NCBI GenBank assembly: GCA_964634355.1 | Contig: CAZWIF010000003.1 | Location: 3,871 to 41,082, forward strand | DNA: 37,212 nucleotides | Direction of reading: 5' to 3' | Source: an uncultured Clostridium sp. | GTDB taxonomy: Bacteria > Bacillota > Clostridia > TANB77 > CAG-508 | Shown here: positions 1-7,977 of the stretch, piece by piece | Position numbering within the stretch: the first letter of the stretch is position 1 | Layout: the number at the start of each line of letters is the position of its first letter | Made by a program: the position numbers and the translations under genes | Notes under the pieces: model-generated | What the model was told of the DNA's origin: nothing | The model's input: the letters and a program-made list of their open reading frames with translations, nothing else | The model's database searches: none

Positions 1-9
1 ATCATATAA

Positions 10-36
10 TGATTTTTAACCCCGTCCCCAAAATCA
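10..36. repeat. Hairpin repeat family B (variable stem, conserved AACCCCGTCCC loop), copy 1
   Basis: tgatttt-taaccccgtcccc-aaaatca; same loop at 11573-11597 and twice at 17688-17787; overlaps the stop codon of the HD gene. Confidence 0.7.
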
Positions 37-1212
37 CACAAATTTTAAATCCAAATTGCTTGAACATTCTCTTAAAAAGAATTTATCAGTTTGCCCTGCT
101 ATGTAATCTATTACTATTCTTTTTACATTAGTATTATTTCTATATTCATCACTTCTAGAGTTGACATACTCAAATAGCCTTTTTTGCGAATATGGTATAT
201 TATCTTTAACCTCTATGCAATTTTTATGATCTTTGCTCTCTAATTCGCTTAAATAGATATTATACATTTCTCCAAAAGCTTTTTCTAATTCGTCTCTATT
301 TTTGCATGCTTCTTCCGAATTATATATATTCTTGTAATTCCAATTTCTTAAATCTATTAATGCTCTGAATACATCTTTAGAAAATTGTATATATTTTTTA
401 TTTATACTATTTTGAATTACATCTAATATAAGTGTATTTACTATACTTGAATTATTATTTCCCAATATTTCTGTAATTTGTCTTGGTAAATCTTTTCTTT
501 CCATAACTCCGATAGTTATTGCATCCTCGATATCTCTTCCTATATATGCAATTATATCTGATAGTCTAACTACACATCCCTCTAGGGTCATAGGTCTAAT
601 CAACTTGCTATATCCTTCATGATAAAACACGCTATCTATTTCCTTTAGTACATCATCTTTTGTCTTGTCTCTTTTAGCCTCATATTTATTAAGTAGGAGT
701 TCTCCATTGTGTGCTACTATGCCATCTAATGTTTGAATAGTAATATTTACATTTTCAATATCTTTTAATATTCTTACACTTTGTGCATTGTGGCAAAAAT
801 ATCCTATATTCTCTTTTCTACAAATATTATCTAAAAATCTTTCTCCGGCATGTCCAAAAGGTGTATGTCCTATATCATGTCCTAATGCAATTGCTTCAAT
901 TAAATCTTCATTTAATCTTAAAGCTCTACCTATTGTTCTTGCAATTTTAGAAACTAATTGTACATGCAAAACTCTATGGGTAATATGATCATTTTCTGTA
1001 AATGAATATACTTGAGTTTTATCTATATATCTAGTATATCCTTGAGAATGAATAATCCTATCTATATCTCTAAAAAATTCTGGTCTAATATCATCCTTTT
1101 TATCCTCTTCTAATCTTATTGCTTCGTTTGATTTACATGCATTCTCAGATAATAATGATTCCTTTTCTAACATTATCCATTTAACATCTTCTAAAATATC
1201 TTTATTCTTCAT
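34..1212 (-). CDS. HD-domain deoxyguanosinetriphosphate triphosphohydrolase-like protein
   Basis: Motifs RDIDRIIHS...KTQV, HRVLH, LGHDIGHTPFGHAGE, DIIAY...DIEDA, DYIAGQTD typical of dGTPase-like HD proteins; SD AAAGGA upstream. Confidence 0.88.
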   Translation of the reverse strand: MKNKDILEDVKWIMLEKESLLSENACKSNEAIRLEEDKKDDIRPEFFRDIDRIIHSQGYTRYIDKTQVYSFTENDHITHRVLHVQLVSKIARTIGRALRLNEDLIEAIALGHDIGHTPFGHAGERFLDNICRKENIGYFCHNAQSVRILKDIENVNITIQTLDGIVAHNGELLLNKYEAKRDKTKDDVLKEIDSVFYHEGYSKLIRPMTLEGCVVRLSDIIAYIGRDIEDAITIGVMERKDLPRQITEILGNNNSSIVNTLILDVIQNSINKKYIQFSKDVFRALIDLRNWNYKNIYNSEEACKNRDELEKAFGEMYNIYLSELESKDHKNCIEVKDNIPYSQKRLFEYVNSRSDEYRNNTNVKRIVIDYIAGQTDKFFLRECSSNLDLKFV

Positions 1213-1294
1213 TTGAGTTTTTTCCTTTCTTAGATTATTTATAAATTTTTAGTTATGGCAATTAAATTTCTATATACCTATAATTTCTATTTTT

Positions 1295-1343
1295 CGGTTC
1301 GCCCTGTATGGGCAGTCCTTTCGTCTGCCCTTTGCTCCCTACA
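1295..1343. repeat. Degenerate cluster of GTAG-type REP-like palindromes
   Basis: gtatgggcag-tcctttcgt-ctgccc hairpin flanked by ggttcgccct and ccctaca half-sites; resembles family A. Confidence 0.4.
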
Positions 1344-1358
1344 CTTTCTAATTACAAA

Positions 1359-2798
1359 TCAATACTGTCGTCCCCATACTACCATCATATTTGCCTCTTT
1401 ACCGCAACATACACATTTATTTCCTATTTTTTCTTGTACAAATGGTATGCATCTTGAATGTGCTCCTGTTAATTCTTTTATTTTATCCTCACATGCAGTA
1501 CTTCCACACCACATTGTTTTTATATATCCTTGTTTTTCATTTATATTCTTTATAAACTCATCTAAATTATAGGCTAATGTAGTTCTCTCTTCTTTTATCT
1601 TTTTACATTGTTCATACATGTTCTTCTGTATATCATCTAAAATTTCTTTTAATTTTAAATCTAATTCGTTTAAACTTACTGTTTCCTTTTCCAATGTATC
1701 ACGTCTAACAATAACACAAACATTATTTTCAATATCGCGTGGACCTAATTCTATTCTTACAGGAACGCCTCTTAATTCCCAATCATTAAACTTATAACCA
1801 GGTGTACAGTTATCTCTTAAATCAACCTTTACTCTAAACTTTTCATTTAATCTTTCGTAAAGTTTAATTGCATTTTCCTTTACTCCTTCTTTTTTCATCA
1901 TAACTGGAACTATGACGACCTGAATTGGAGCTACTCTTGGTGGAAGTTTAAGTCCTCTATTATCTCCATGCGCCATAATCACAGCACCTATTAGTCTTGT
2001 ACTGATTCCCCATGAAGTTTGATAAGGGTAATCTTCTTTTCCTTCTCTATTTTGATATTTCACTTCAAATGGTTTTGTAAAATTTTGTCCAAAGTAATGT
2101 GAAGTGCCTGCTTGAATCGCTCTTCCGTCATGCATTAATGTTTCTACTGTATATGTATCTTCTGCACCAGCAAATTTTTCTTTTTCTGTTTTCTTACCTT
2201 TTAATACTGGTATTGCAAGTAAATTTTCAATTACATCCGCATATATGTCTAGCATTTGTATTGTTCTTTTTTTTGCCTCATCCTTTGTCTCATGAATTGT
2301 ATGACCTTCTTGCCATAGAAATTCTCTTGAACGTAAAAAAGGTTTTGTTTCCTTTTCCCATCTTAATACATTACACCATTGGTTATAAACAAATGGTAAA
2401 TCTCTCCATGATTTTAACCATTTTGAATATAAATCGCAAAACATTGTCTCAGAAGTAGGTCTTATACATAACCTTTCCTCTAATTCTTCTCCTCCTGCTT
2501 CTGTAACCATTGCAACTTCTGGTGCAAAACCCTCGACATGGTCTTTTTCCTTTTGTAATAAACTTTCTGGAATTAGTGCTGGAAAATACACATTTTCTAC
2601 TCCGCTTTTTTTAAATAATTCATCTGTATACTTTTGAATATTTTCCCAAATTGCATATCCATATGGTTTTATTGCAATACATCCCTTTGTTTTTGCATAG
2701 TCAGCCAAATCAGCTTTTAATACTATATCTGTATACCATTTAGCAAAATCATCTTCTATATTAGTTACCTCTTTTACAAAATTTTTATTATCATCCAT
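1359..2798 (-). CDS. proS: Proline--tRNA ligase (archaeal/eukaryotic-like type)
   Basis: HVEGFAPE, RPTSET, FLRSREFLWQEGHT, QAGTSHYFGQNF, TSWGISTR and C-terminal Cys/Zn domain ending GRQY. Confidence 0.97.
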   Translation of the reverse strand: MDDNKNFVKEVTNIEDDFAKWYTDIVLKADLADYAKTKGCIAIKPYGYAIWENIQKYTDELFKKSGVENVYFPALIPESLLQKEKDHVEGFAPEVAMVTEAGGEELEERLCIRPTSETMFCDLYSKWLKSWRDLPFVYNQWCNVLRWEKETKPFLRSREFLWQEGHTIHETKDEAKKRTIQMLDIYADVIENLLAIPVLKGKKTEKEKFAGAEDTYTVETLMHDGRAIQAGTSHYFGQNFTKPFEVKYQNREGKEDYPYQTSWGISTRLIGAVIMAHGDNRGLKLPPRVAPIQVVIVPVMMKKEGVKENAIKLYERLNEKFRVKVDLRDNCTPGYKFNDWELRGVPVRIELGPRDIENNVCVIVRRDTLEKETVSLNELDLKLKEILDDIQKNMYEQCKKIKEERTTLAYNLDEFIKNINEKQGYIKTMWCGSTACEDKIKELTGAHSRCIPFVQEKIGNKCVCCGKEANMMVVWGRQY

Positions 2799-2806
2799 TT
2801 ATACTA

Positions 2807-3388
2807 TCAATCCTTTCTAATCTCCGAACTTTCGTCAGTAATGTCGTCAATAACAATTTGTTGATTTTCATCTAATTTATATTGGGGGAGTTCAGGTAAA
2901 TCAGATAAACTACTATATCCAAACATTTTTAAAAATTCTGCTGTAGTCTTATATGACATTGGTTTACCCAATATGTCTACTTTTCCTGCTTCTTCAATTA
3001 AATTATATTCTAATAATTTATATAATGTAGTATCTGAAGACACTCCTCTTATTGAATCAATTTCTGCTCTTGTTATTCTAGGGTTATATGCTATGATAGC
3101 TAATGTTTCTAGAGCTGCCTGAGATAACTTAGGTTTATTCCTTTTATCAATTACAGGGTAAATATATTCATGATATTCCTTTTTAGAACACATCTGATAT
3201 CCATCATCAACCTTTATAATCTCTATTCCCCTTGATTCATCTTTGTATTCTTTATTCATATCATCAATTAAATCTATAATATCCTTTTCATTTAGTTCCA
3301 CTGCTAATTCTAGTTCTTTTATTTTTACTACTCTTCCTGCGGAAAAAAGTATTGCCTCAATTATCCCTCTTATTTTGTCAATTTCCAT
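2807..3388 (-). CDS. scpB: SMC-Scp complex subunit ScpB
   Basis: IEAILF, LSQAALETLAIIAYNPRITRAEIDSIRGV, TTAEFLKMFG..SLSDLP. Confidence 0.95.
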   Translation of the reverse strand: MEIDKIRGIIEAILFSAGRVVKIKELELAVELNEKDIIDLIDDMNKEYKDESRGIEIIKVDDGYQMCSKKEYHEYIYPVIDKRNKPKLSQAALETLAIIAYNPRITRAEIDSIRGVSSDTTLYKLLEYNLIEEAGKVDILGKPMSYKTTAEFLKMFGYSSLSDLPELPQYKLDENQQIVIDDITDESSEIRKD

Positions 3389-3412
3389 AACAAATGTGTT
3401 TCCTTTCTAAAG

Positions 3413-3434
3413 AGAGCACGGTATCCCGTGCCCT
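3413..3434. repeat. Palindromic repeat family A (GGGCAC..GTGCCC)
   Basis: agagcacggtatcccgtgccct, just downstream of the 3440-4108 stop. Confidence 0.7.
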
Positions 3435-3439
3435 TATTT

Positions 3440-4108
3440 TTAGCTTTCAATTTTTTTATTTCCAAAAAAATCCTTTATCTTCTCAATTCCATGTTTAATG
3501 GTTGTAATGATTCTTCTGAACATTTCTGAAAATTCCATCCCATTTGATGTTGGAGTTAATGTGTTTTCAATTTCAATTTCTTTTATATCATCATCATTAA
3601 TTTCTTCATTTTCACTGTTTAACATACCTGTATCTGTTTCACTTATTTTCTCTGCTACCTTTTTTGCATTCACAAACTTTTCTATTTCATTAATTATATA
3701 TGCATTTCTATATCCAAGTTGATCTTCCTGTTTTAAATTCTCTATAAGTTTATCAATATTACCTGAGAATTTCTCTAATTTATATTTGTAGCAAAATTTA
3801 TCACTATATGGATTGTATTGCTCATCAAAGATGTCTGAAGGTGTTTTTTCTATTGGCTCTATATCTTTTTTTGGTTTTACATTCGATTCTGAGTTTTCTT
3901 CAAGTGTTTCCATCTTTTCTAATTTATTTAAATATGCTTTCATATCATCTATATTATCTATTTTTTTAATTATTTTTTGAATTTTTTGAGCATAAGCGTC
4001 ACTCTTTACTTTACTCTTTATAGAAGCTTCTTTTGTTGTATAAATTTCTATTTTTTGACAAACAGTTTCTATTTTATCATAAAGTGGTATATCATTTTCA
4101 TTATTCAT
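3440..4108 (-). CDS. Hypothetical protein, 222 aa, charged/helical
   Basis: Long ORF with genome-like codon use; SD GAGGAG inside the end of the upstream gene; no recognised family. Confidence 0.75.
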   Translation of the reverse strand: MNNENDIPLYDKIETVCQKIEIYTTKEASIKSKVKSDAYAQKIQKIIKKIDNIDDMKAYLNKLEKMETLEENSESNVKPKKDIEPIEKTPSDIFDEQYNPYSDKFCYKYKLEKFSGNIDKLIENLKQEDQLGYRNAYIINEIEKFVNAKKVAEKISETDTGMLNSENEEINDDDIKEIEIENTLTPTSNGMEFSEMFRRIITTIKHGIEKIKDFFGNKKIES

Positions 4109-4110
4109 CT

Positions 4111-4251
4111 CTAGTTCTCCTCTACATATAATTTCTGCAATGTACTTTCTAATCTTTCTCTACATTTTTTTAATATCTCTATGTCTACATTTTCAAAATC
4201 TTCGTCTGTAAATTTTACATTATAATCTTCAAATATGATTTCATCATTCAT
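4111..4251 (-). CDS. Small acidic hypothetical protein (46 aa, MNDEIIFEDY...)
   Basis: ATG at 4251 preceded by AGAAGGGAG; stop 2 nt before the next ATG; start revised from ORF-track 4317. Confidence 0.6.
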   Translation of the reverse strand: MNDEIIFEDYNVKFTDEDFENVDIEILKKCRERLESTLQKLYVEEN

Positions 4252-4351
4252 ATTAGTTTTCTCCCTTCTTCTTCCGTGACACCTAAATAAACTATATTTA
4301 AAAAATATTTTCAACAATTATCTATAGTTAATTTCTTAATAATTAAAACAT

Positions 4352-4371
4352 GGCACTCTATTCTGAGTGCC
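4352..4371. repeat. Family A-like hairpin (degenerate), possible terminator
   Basis: ggcactc-tattct-gagtgcc downstream of the LPxTG gene. Confidence 0.5.
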
Positions 4372-4390
4372 TTTAAGTAGTTTATCATTG

Positions 4391-4756
4391 CTACATGTTA
4401 TATTCTTTTACCTTTTTAAATGCATAAACACCTGCAACTCCGCATATTACTATTAATGCTATGATTATATTTTCATTTGCACCTGTTGATGGTAAAGTTG
4501 TTGAGGTTTTATTGGTTGTATTATTCGTCACTGTGTTAGTTGTATTATTTGTTGCTGTATTAGTTGCTGTATTAGCTATAGTGTTGTTCGTTGTATCGTC
4601 TGCAGTATTTAAAGAACTATTTTCTCCATTTTCACCTAAAATTTGATTTAATAAGTCTGCGTCTGTACTTGTAGCGCCTACTTTATATGTTTGAATAAAA
4701 ATCAAACCAATTATTAATAATAAAACAAAAATCTTCTTAATTCTACTTATATTCAT
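4391..4756 (-). CDS. Small secreted Thr/Asn-rich protein with sortase (LPSTG) anchor
   Basis: Signal peptide, TNTATN-like low-complexity stalk, LPSTG + hydrophobic helix + KKVKE tail; SD AAAGGAG before ATG 4756. Confidence 0.85.
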   Translation of the reverse strand: MNISRIKKIFVLLLIIGLIFIQTYKVGATSTDADLLNQILGENGENSSLNTADDTTNNTIANTATNTATNNTTNTVTNNTTNKTSTTLPSTGANENIIIALIVICGVAGVYAFKKVKEYNM

Positions 4757-4799
4757 TTTTTTCTCCTTTTCCTTTTTATTATATAACACTTCATATTTA

Positions 4800-4828
4800 T
4801 TTATACTATATTTTTTTTAATTTTGCAA
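4800..4828 (-). promoter_or_regulatory. Sigma-A-like promoter of the LPxTG gene
   Basis: TTGCAA-17 nt-TATAAA on the minus strand. Confidence 0.5.
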
Positions 4829-4846
4829 TAGTTTTTTAACATTTTT

Positions 4847-6142
4847 TTAAAAATGTCTGCCAATTTTGCTCGTTTCGTTCTTAATATTTTGGTCTTCTTG
4901 GAATATCTCTCCAATGTATCCATTTTCTTCTACATTTTCCAAACTGGCTAAGGCTTTTAATTTTTTACTATATCTATATGCTAGTACGGCATATCCCACA
5001 GCTATCATTGCCAGAATACAAATCATCATAATTAATAAAATTTCTTTAAAATTTTGAATTATAATAGTTTTTATAAATCCCAATAATCCACTATCTGAAT
5101 TATTCTCATCATTATTATCTACTGCCCCGAGTATTTCCTCTATTACATTGTTATAAACATCTATAATATACTCTACATTCTCTTCTCCTAATGTAACAGT
5201 AATTTTTACTATATTATCTCCTTCTTGTAAATCTGTTGCACCTTCAATATTTATAATAGCCTCTGGATCACTTGCAGTTGCATAGATTTCTAGTTCTGTC
5301 ATATTTGTTACATTTGTTACATAGTTATATACATCTGAACTAAATTCTGGGCTTAGTTCAACATCTGCTATTATTAATGATGTTAATGTAAGTGCTGTAC
5401 TTTCTTCTCCCTGGTTCTCATTTTCAATCACATTAGGTATTGTGGTGTCTTCTGCAAGTCTTATTACTTTTACACTATATGTTTTTGTACTTCCGTCTTG
5501 AGCTGTAACTGTAAGTTTAATTGTATTAGTTCCTACAGCGAGAGATTTTGTACCTGTTCCACTTACACTTGCATTACTATTGTTAGTAACAGCAGATACT
5601 TTTATTGAACTTGTATTATAATCAACTGTTTTGCTAATTGATGTTAAAGAACTTGTATATTTAGTATCTCCCACAGTTATTGATTTTAGCGTTGCATCAG
5701 ATGATTTTGTAGTAGTCGTTGTAGTCGTAGTCGTTGTTCCACCATTATTGTTACTTGCTTCCTTGACTGTTATTGTAACAGTTTTTGAGCCAGTAATTAG
5801 ATTCAAATCTGTATCTGAAACGTTTTCTGCTGTTACTGTAATTATTGCTGTTCCTGCGGATTTTGCAGTCAACGTAATACCTGTACTGCTTGATACCCAT
5901 TCAGAAGAAGAACTAACAGCTACCACACTTGAGTTTGATGAACTTATTGTAAATTTTCCCTCGGCATTGGTTGTTTTAATCGTTAAAGTTGTTGTTCCAC
6001 CTACAGTTAACGATGTTGAAGAAGCATTTGCTGAAAAACTTCCTATAGCTGCATTGACTATGTTGAAATTAAAACTCACTAATACAAGTGTTGTAATTAT
6101 CAGCACAATCGTAATTTTGCTAAACTTTTTCATTTTGTCCAC
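4847..6142 (-). CDS. Membrane-anchored surface protein: N-terminal Ig/cohesin-like beta domain, Thr linker, two cadherin-like beta-sandwich domains, C-terminal TM helix
   Basis: Signal peptide; SSDATLKSITV...GTNTIKLTVTAQDGSTKTYSVKV and LTSLII..LSPEFSSDVYNY...GDNIVKITV signatures; hydrophobic ILLIMMICILAMIAVGYAVLAY. Confidence 0.8.
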   Translation of the reverse strand: MDKMKKFSKITIVLIITTLVLVSFNFNIVNAAIGSFSANASSTSLTVGGTTTLTIKTTNAEGKFTISSSNSSVVAVSSSSEWVSSSTGITLTAKSAGTAIITVTAENVSDTDLNLITGSKTVTITVKEASNNNGGTTTTTTTTTTKSSDATLKSITVGDTKYTSSLTSISKTVDYNTSSIKVSAVTNNSNASVSGTGTKSLAVGTNTIKLTVTAQDGSTKTYSVKVIRLAEDTTIPNVIENENQGEESTALTLTSLIIADVELSPEFSSDVYNYVTNVTNMTELEIYATASDPEAIINIEGATDLQEGDNIVKITVTLGEENVEYIIDVYNNVIEEILGAVDNNDENNSDSGLLGFIKTIIIQNFKEILLIMMICILAMIAVGYAVLAYRYSKKLKALASLENVEENGYIGEIFQEDQNIKNETSKIGRHF

Positions 6143-6157
6143 TATCCTTTCATTTTT

Positions 6158-7828
6158 CTAAAATGTTATTGAAGAAGTTCCCATTATATGATTTTTTATT
6201 TTCATATAATCTCTTGCATCTATTGTATTATCCATATAAGTATTAGCTGCAGCAACTTCTAATTCACTTAATGTTGAAGTTCCCATTATATAATTTTTTA
6301 TTTTCATATAGTCTCTTGCATCTATTGTTCCATCCTCATACACATCCCCTAAAACTGCAACTGTATAAACTGCATCATTTAATGTATATCTATATCCTGT
6401 TGCCAATATATCGCCTTCTCCTAATCCCACTGAGTCCGCTGTTTCAGAAGCAAAATTACTTGTAGAGAAATAGTTTGCAACTTCTAATACTGTTTTATTA
6501 GGAACAACAATTAAATATGAATTAATTATTTTTGCAATATTTGTTGATGTAGTTGTCGTATTATTACTATTACATGCAGCTAAATATTTATTTGCAATAT
6601 ATCCAACTGTTCCATTAGCAAGTTGTACTTTTGCCCAATCATATCCATTAGCTGTTGCTGAACACCATTCAATTAATGTAACAACTGTATATTTGTCAAG
6701 AGTTGCAAGTACACTTCCTGATGTTGACGCAGAAGATCTAACCCTTACAGAACTTCCTGTTAAATAATATGATGTTGACAATGTTGTATCTATTGCTGAT
6801 GGTAATGGATTTGACGTTGGCATGTTTTCAAAAACTGGTATTATAAAACTTAATGATGAATTCAATAGATTATTCTTCGCATATGTATTATACAAATTTT
6901 TAGCCTGACTAGATGGATCTTGAATATTAGTCATATATTGATGACTAAACAATTCTGATGTTTTTGTTCCTACAACATCCCATTTATAAAAATATGCCGT
7001 ATTTTGTCCTGCATTCGTATAATTATCAGCCATCAGTTTTGCACCTTCTACAATCGCTTTATATGGGTTTGTCCACTCCATATCTTTCGCATACAATAAG
7101 CCATTAGCTATAGCATCTCCTGTATCATATGAACCCCAATTAAAAAAATTATAATATCCCGAATAATCTGTACCATCTGGTGCTACATATGTACCTGAAA
7201 CTGAGTTGCTTCCTGATGAACCTACTTCTTGTATTATTTTTATTGCAATACTGTATGGACTCATGTTACTCTGTTTTGCTGCCTCCATAATAATTTGTGC
7301 ATATGTCATAGTTGTTGCAACACCATTCAATTCAAATGTTACACTTGTATTCATAAAAGTCGAAGCAATTATATTTTTTACACCTGCTTCTGTTTGTGTT
7401 GAAGAATTATAAGTCATCTCTAAAAATTGAAATATTCCTGTTTCTGTTAAGAAATTTCTTGGGTCTGAAAAATAAGATAGAATTGCTGTTGAAGCACACG
7501 CATATCCACTAGCTACATTTCCACAGCTACATAGCCATAGACTATCAGCTGATTTAATTACTCTATTTCTTCCATGAAGAGAAGTCTCTTGAGATATAAA
7601 TTCATCCCATGTTATACCAGTATAATATGCCGTAAAACTCCAATTTGGATATAATTCCTGTAAAGACGACAATGCTGCTTGATAACTAGTAGGGAAATTA
7701 CTAATCCCTGTTTTTGTATATTGTGTATATGTAGTAGCATTTGTTTTACTTGGTATCACAATTAGTTCCATCATTAGTATTATACAAAATACTAATATCA
7801 CTATTGTTCTATTACTATTCCTTTTCAT
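6158..7828 (-). CDS. Peptidoglycan hydrolase (glucosaminidase/GH73-like) with SH3b domain and C-terminal dockerin
   Basis: DPRNFL..FQF, IIQEVG, GYYNFFNWG, GQNTAYFYKW, HQYMTNIQ; SH3b VRVRSSAST...WAKV..GYIANKYL; duplicated DxxIDARDYMKIKNxIMG dockerin repeats. Start ATG 7828 chosen (ORF track 7864 uses TTG). Confidence 0.85.
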   Translation of the reverse strand: MKRNSNRTIVILVFCIILMMELIVIPSKTNATTYTQYTKTGISNFPTSYQAALSSLQELYPNWSFTAYYTGITWDEFISQETSLHGRNRVIKSADSLWLCSCGNVASGYACASTAILSYFSDPRNFLTETGIFQFLEMTYNSSTQTEAGVKNIIASTFMNTSVTFELNGVATTMTYAQIIMEAAKQSNMSPYSIAIKIIQEVGSSGSNSVSGTYVAPDGTDYSGYYNFFNWGSYDTGDAIANGLLYAKDMEWTNPYKAIVEGAKLMADNYTNAGQNTAYFYKWDVVGTKTSELFSHQYMTNIQDPSSQAKNLYNTYAKNNLLNSSLSFIIPVFENMPTSNPLPSAIDTTLSTSYYLTGSSVRVRSSASTSGSVLATLDKYTVVTLIEWCSATANGYDWAKVQLANGTVGYIANKYLAACNSNNTTTTSTNIAKIINSYLIVVPNKTVLEVANYFSTSNFASETADSVGLGEGDILATGYRYTLNDAVYTVAVLGDVYEDGTIDARDYMKIKNYIMGTSTLSELEVAAANTYMDNTIDARDYMKIKNHIMGTSSITF

Positions 7829-7876
7829 TATTTCTTTTATTTCCTCCAATTTATTACTTAACAATCATTTAATTTT

Positions 7877-7906
7877 AGTATAACATTTATTGACTTTTTT
7901 AGTCAA
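7877..7906 (-). promoter_or_regulatory. Sigma-A promoter of the autolysin operon
   Basis: TTGACT-18 nt-TATACT with extended TG. Confidence 0.6.
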
Positions 7907-7920
7907 TGGAAAATTCCAAA

Positions 7921-7937
7921 TGTAATATAAATGTAAT
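7921..7937 (+). promoter_or_regulatory. Candidate WalR (YycF) box
   Basis: TGTAAT-ataaa-TGTAAT matches TGTWAH-N5-TGTWAH, 14 bp upstream of the -35 of a cell-wall hydrolase operon. Confidence 0.55.
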
Positions 7938-7950
7938 ATTCTATAGAAAG

Positions 7951-7977
7951 AGGGCACAGTGCACTGTGCCCCCTACA
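7951..7977. repeat. Palindromic repeat family A
   Basis: agggcacagtgcactgtgccccctaca; reads TGTAGGGGGCAC... on the minus strand, directly after the glgP stop. Confidence 0.85.

Noticed and set aside
2799-2806. T-box leader for proS
   Set aside because: Only 8 nt separate scpB from proS, and no T-box motif is seen.
5708-5737. Poly-Thr tract as a phase-variable microsatellite
   Set aside because: Mixed ACA/ACG/ACT codons in triplet register; an ordinary linker.
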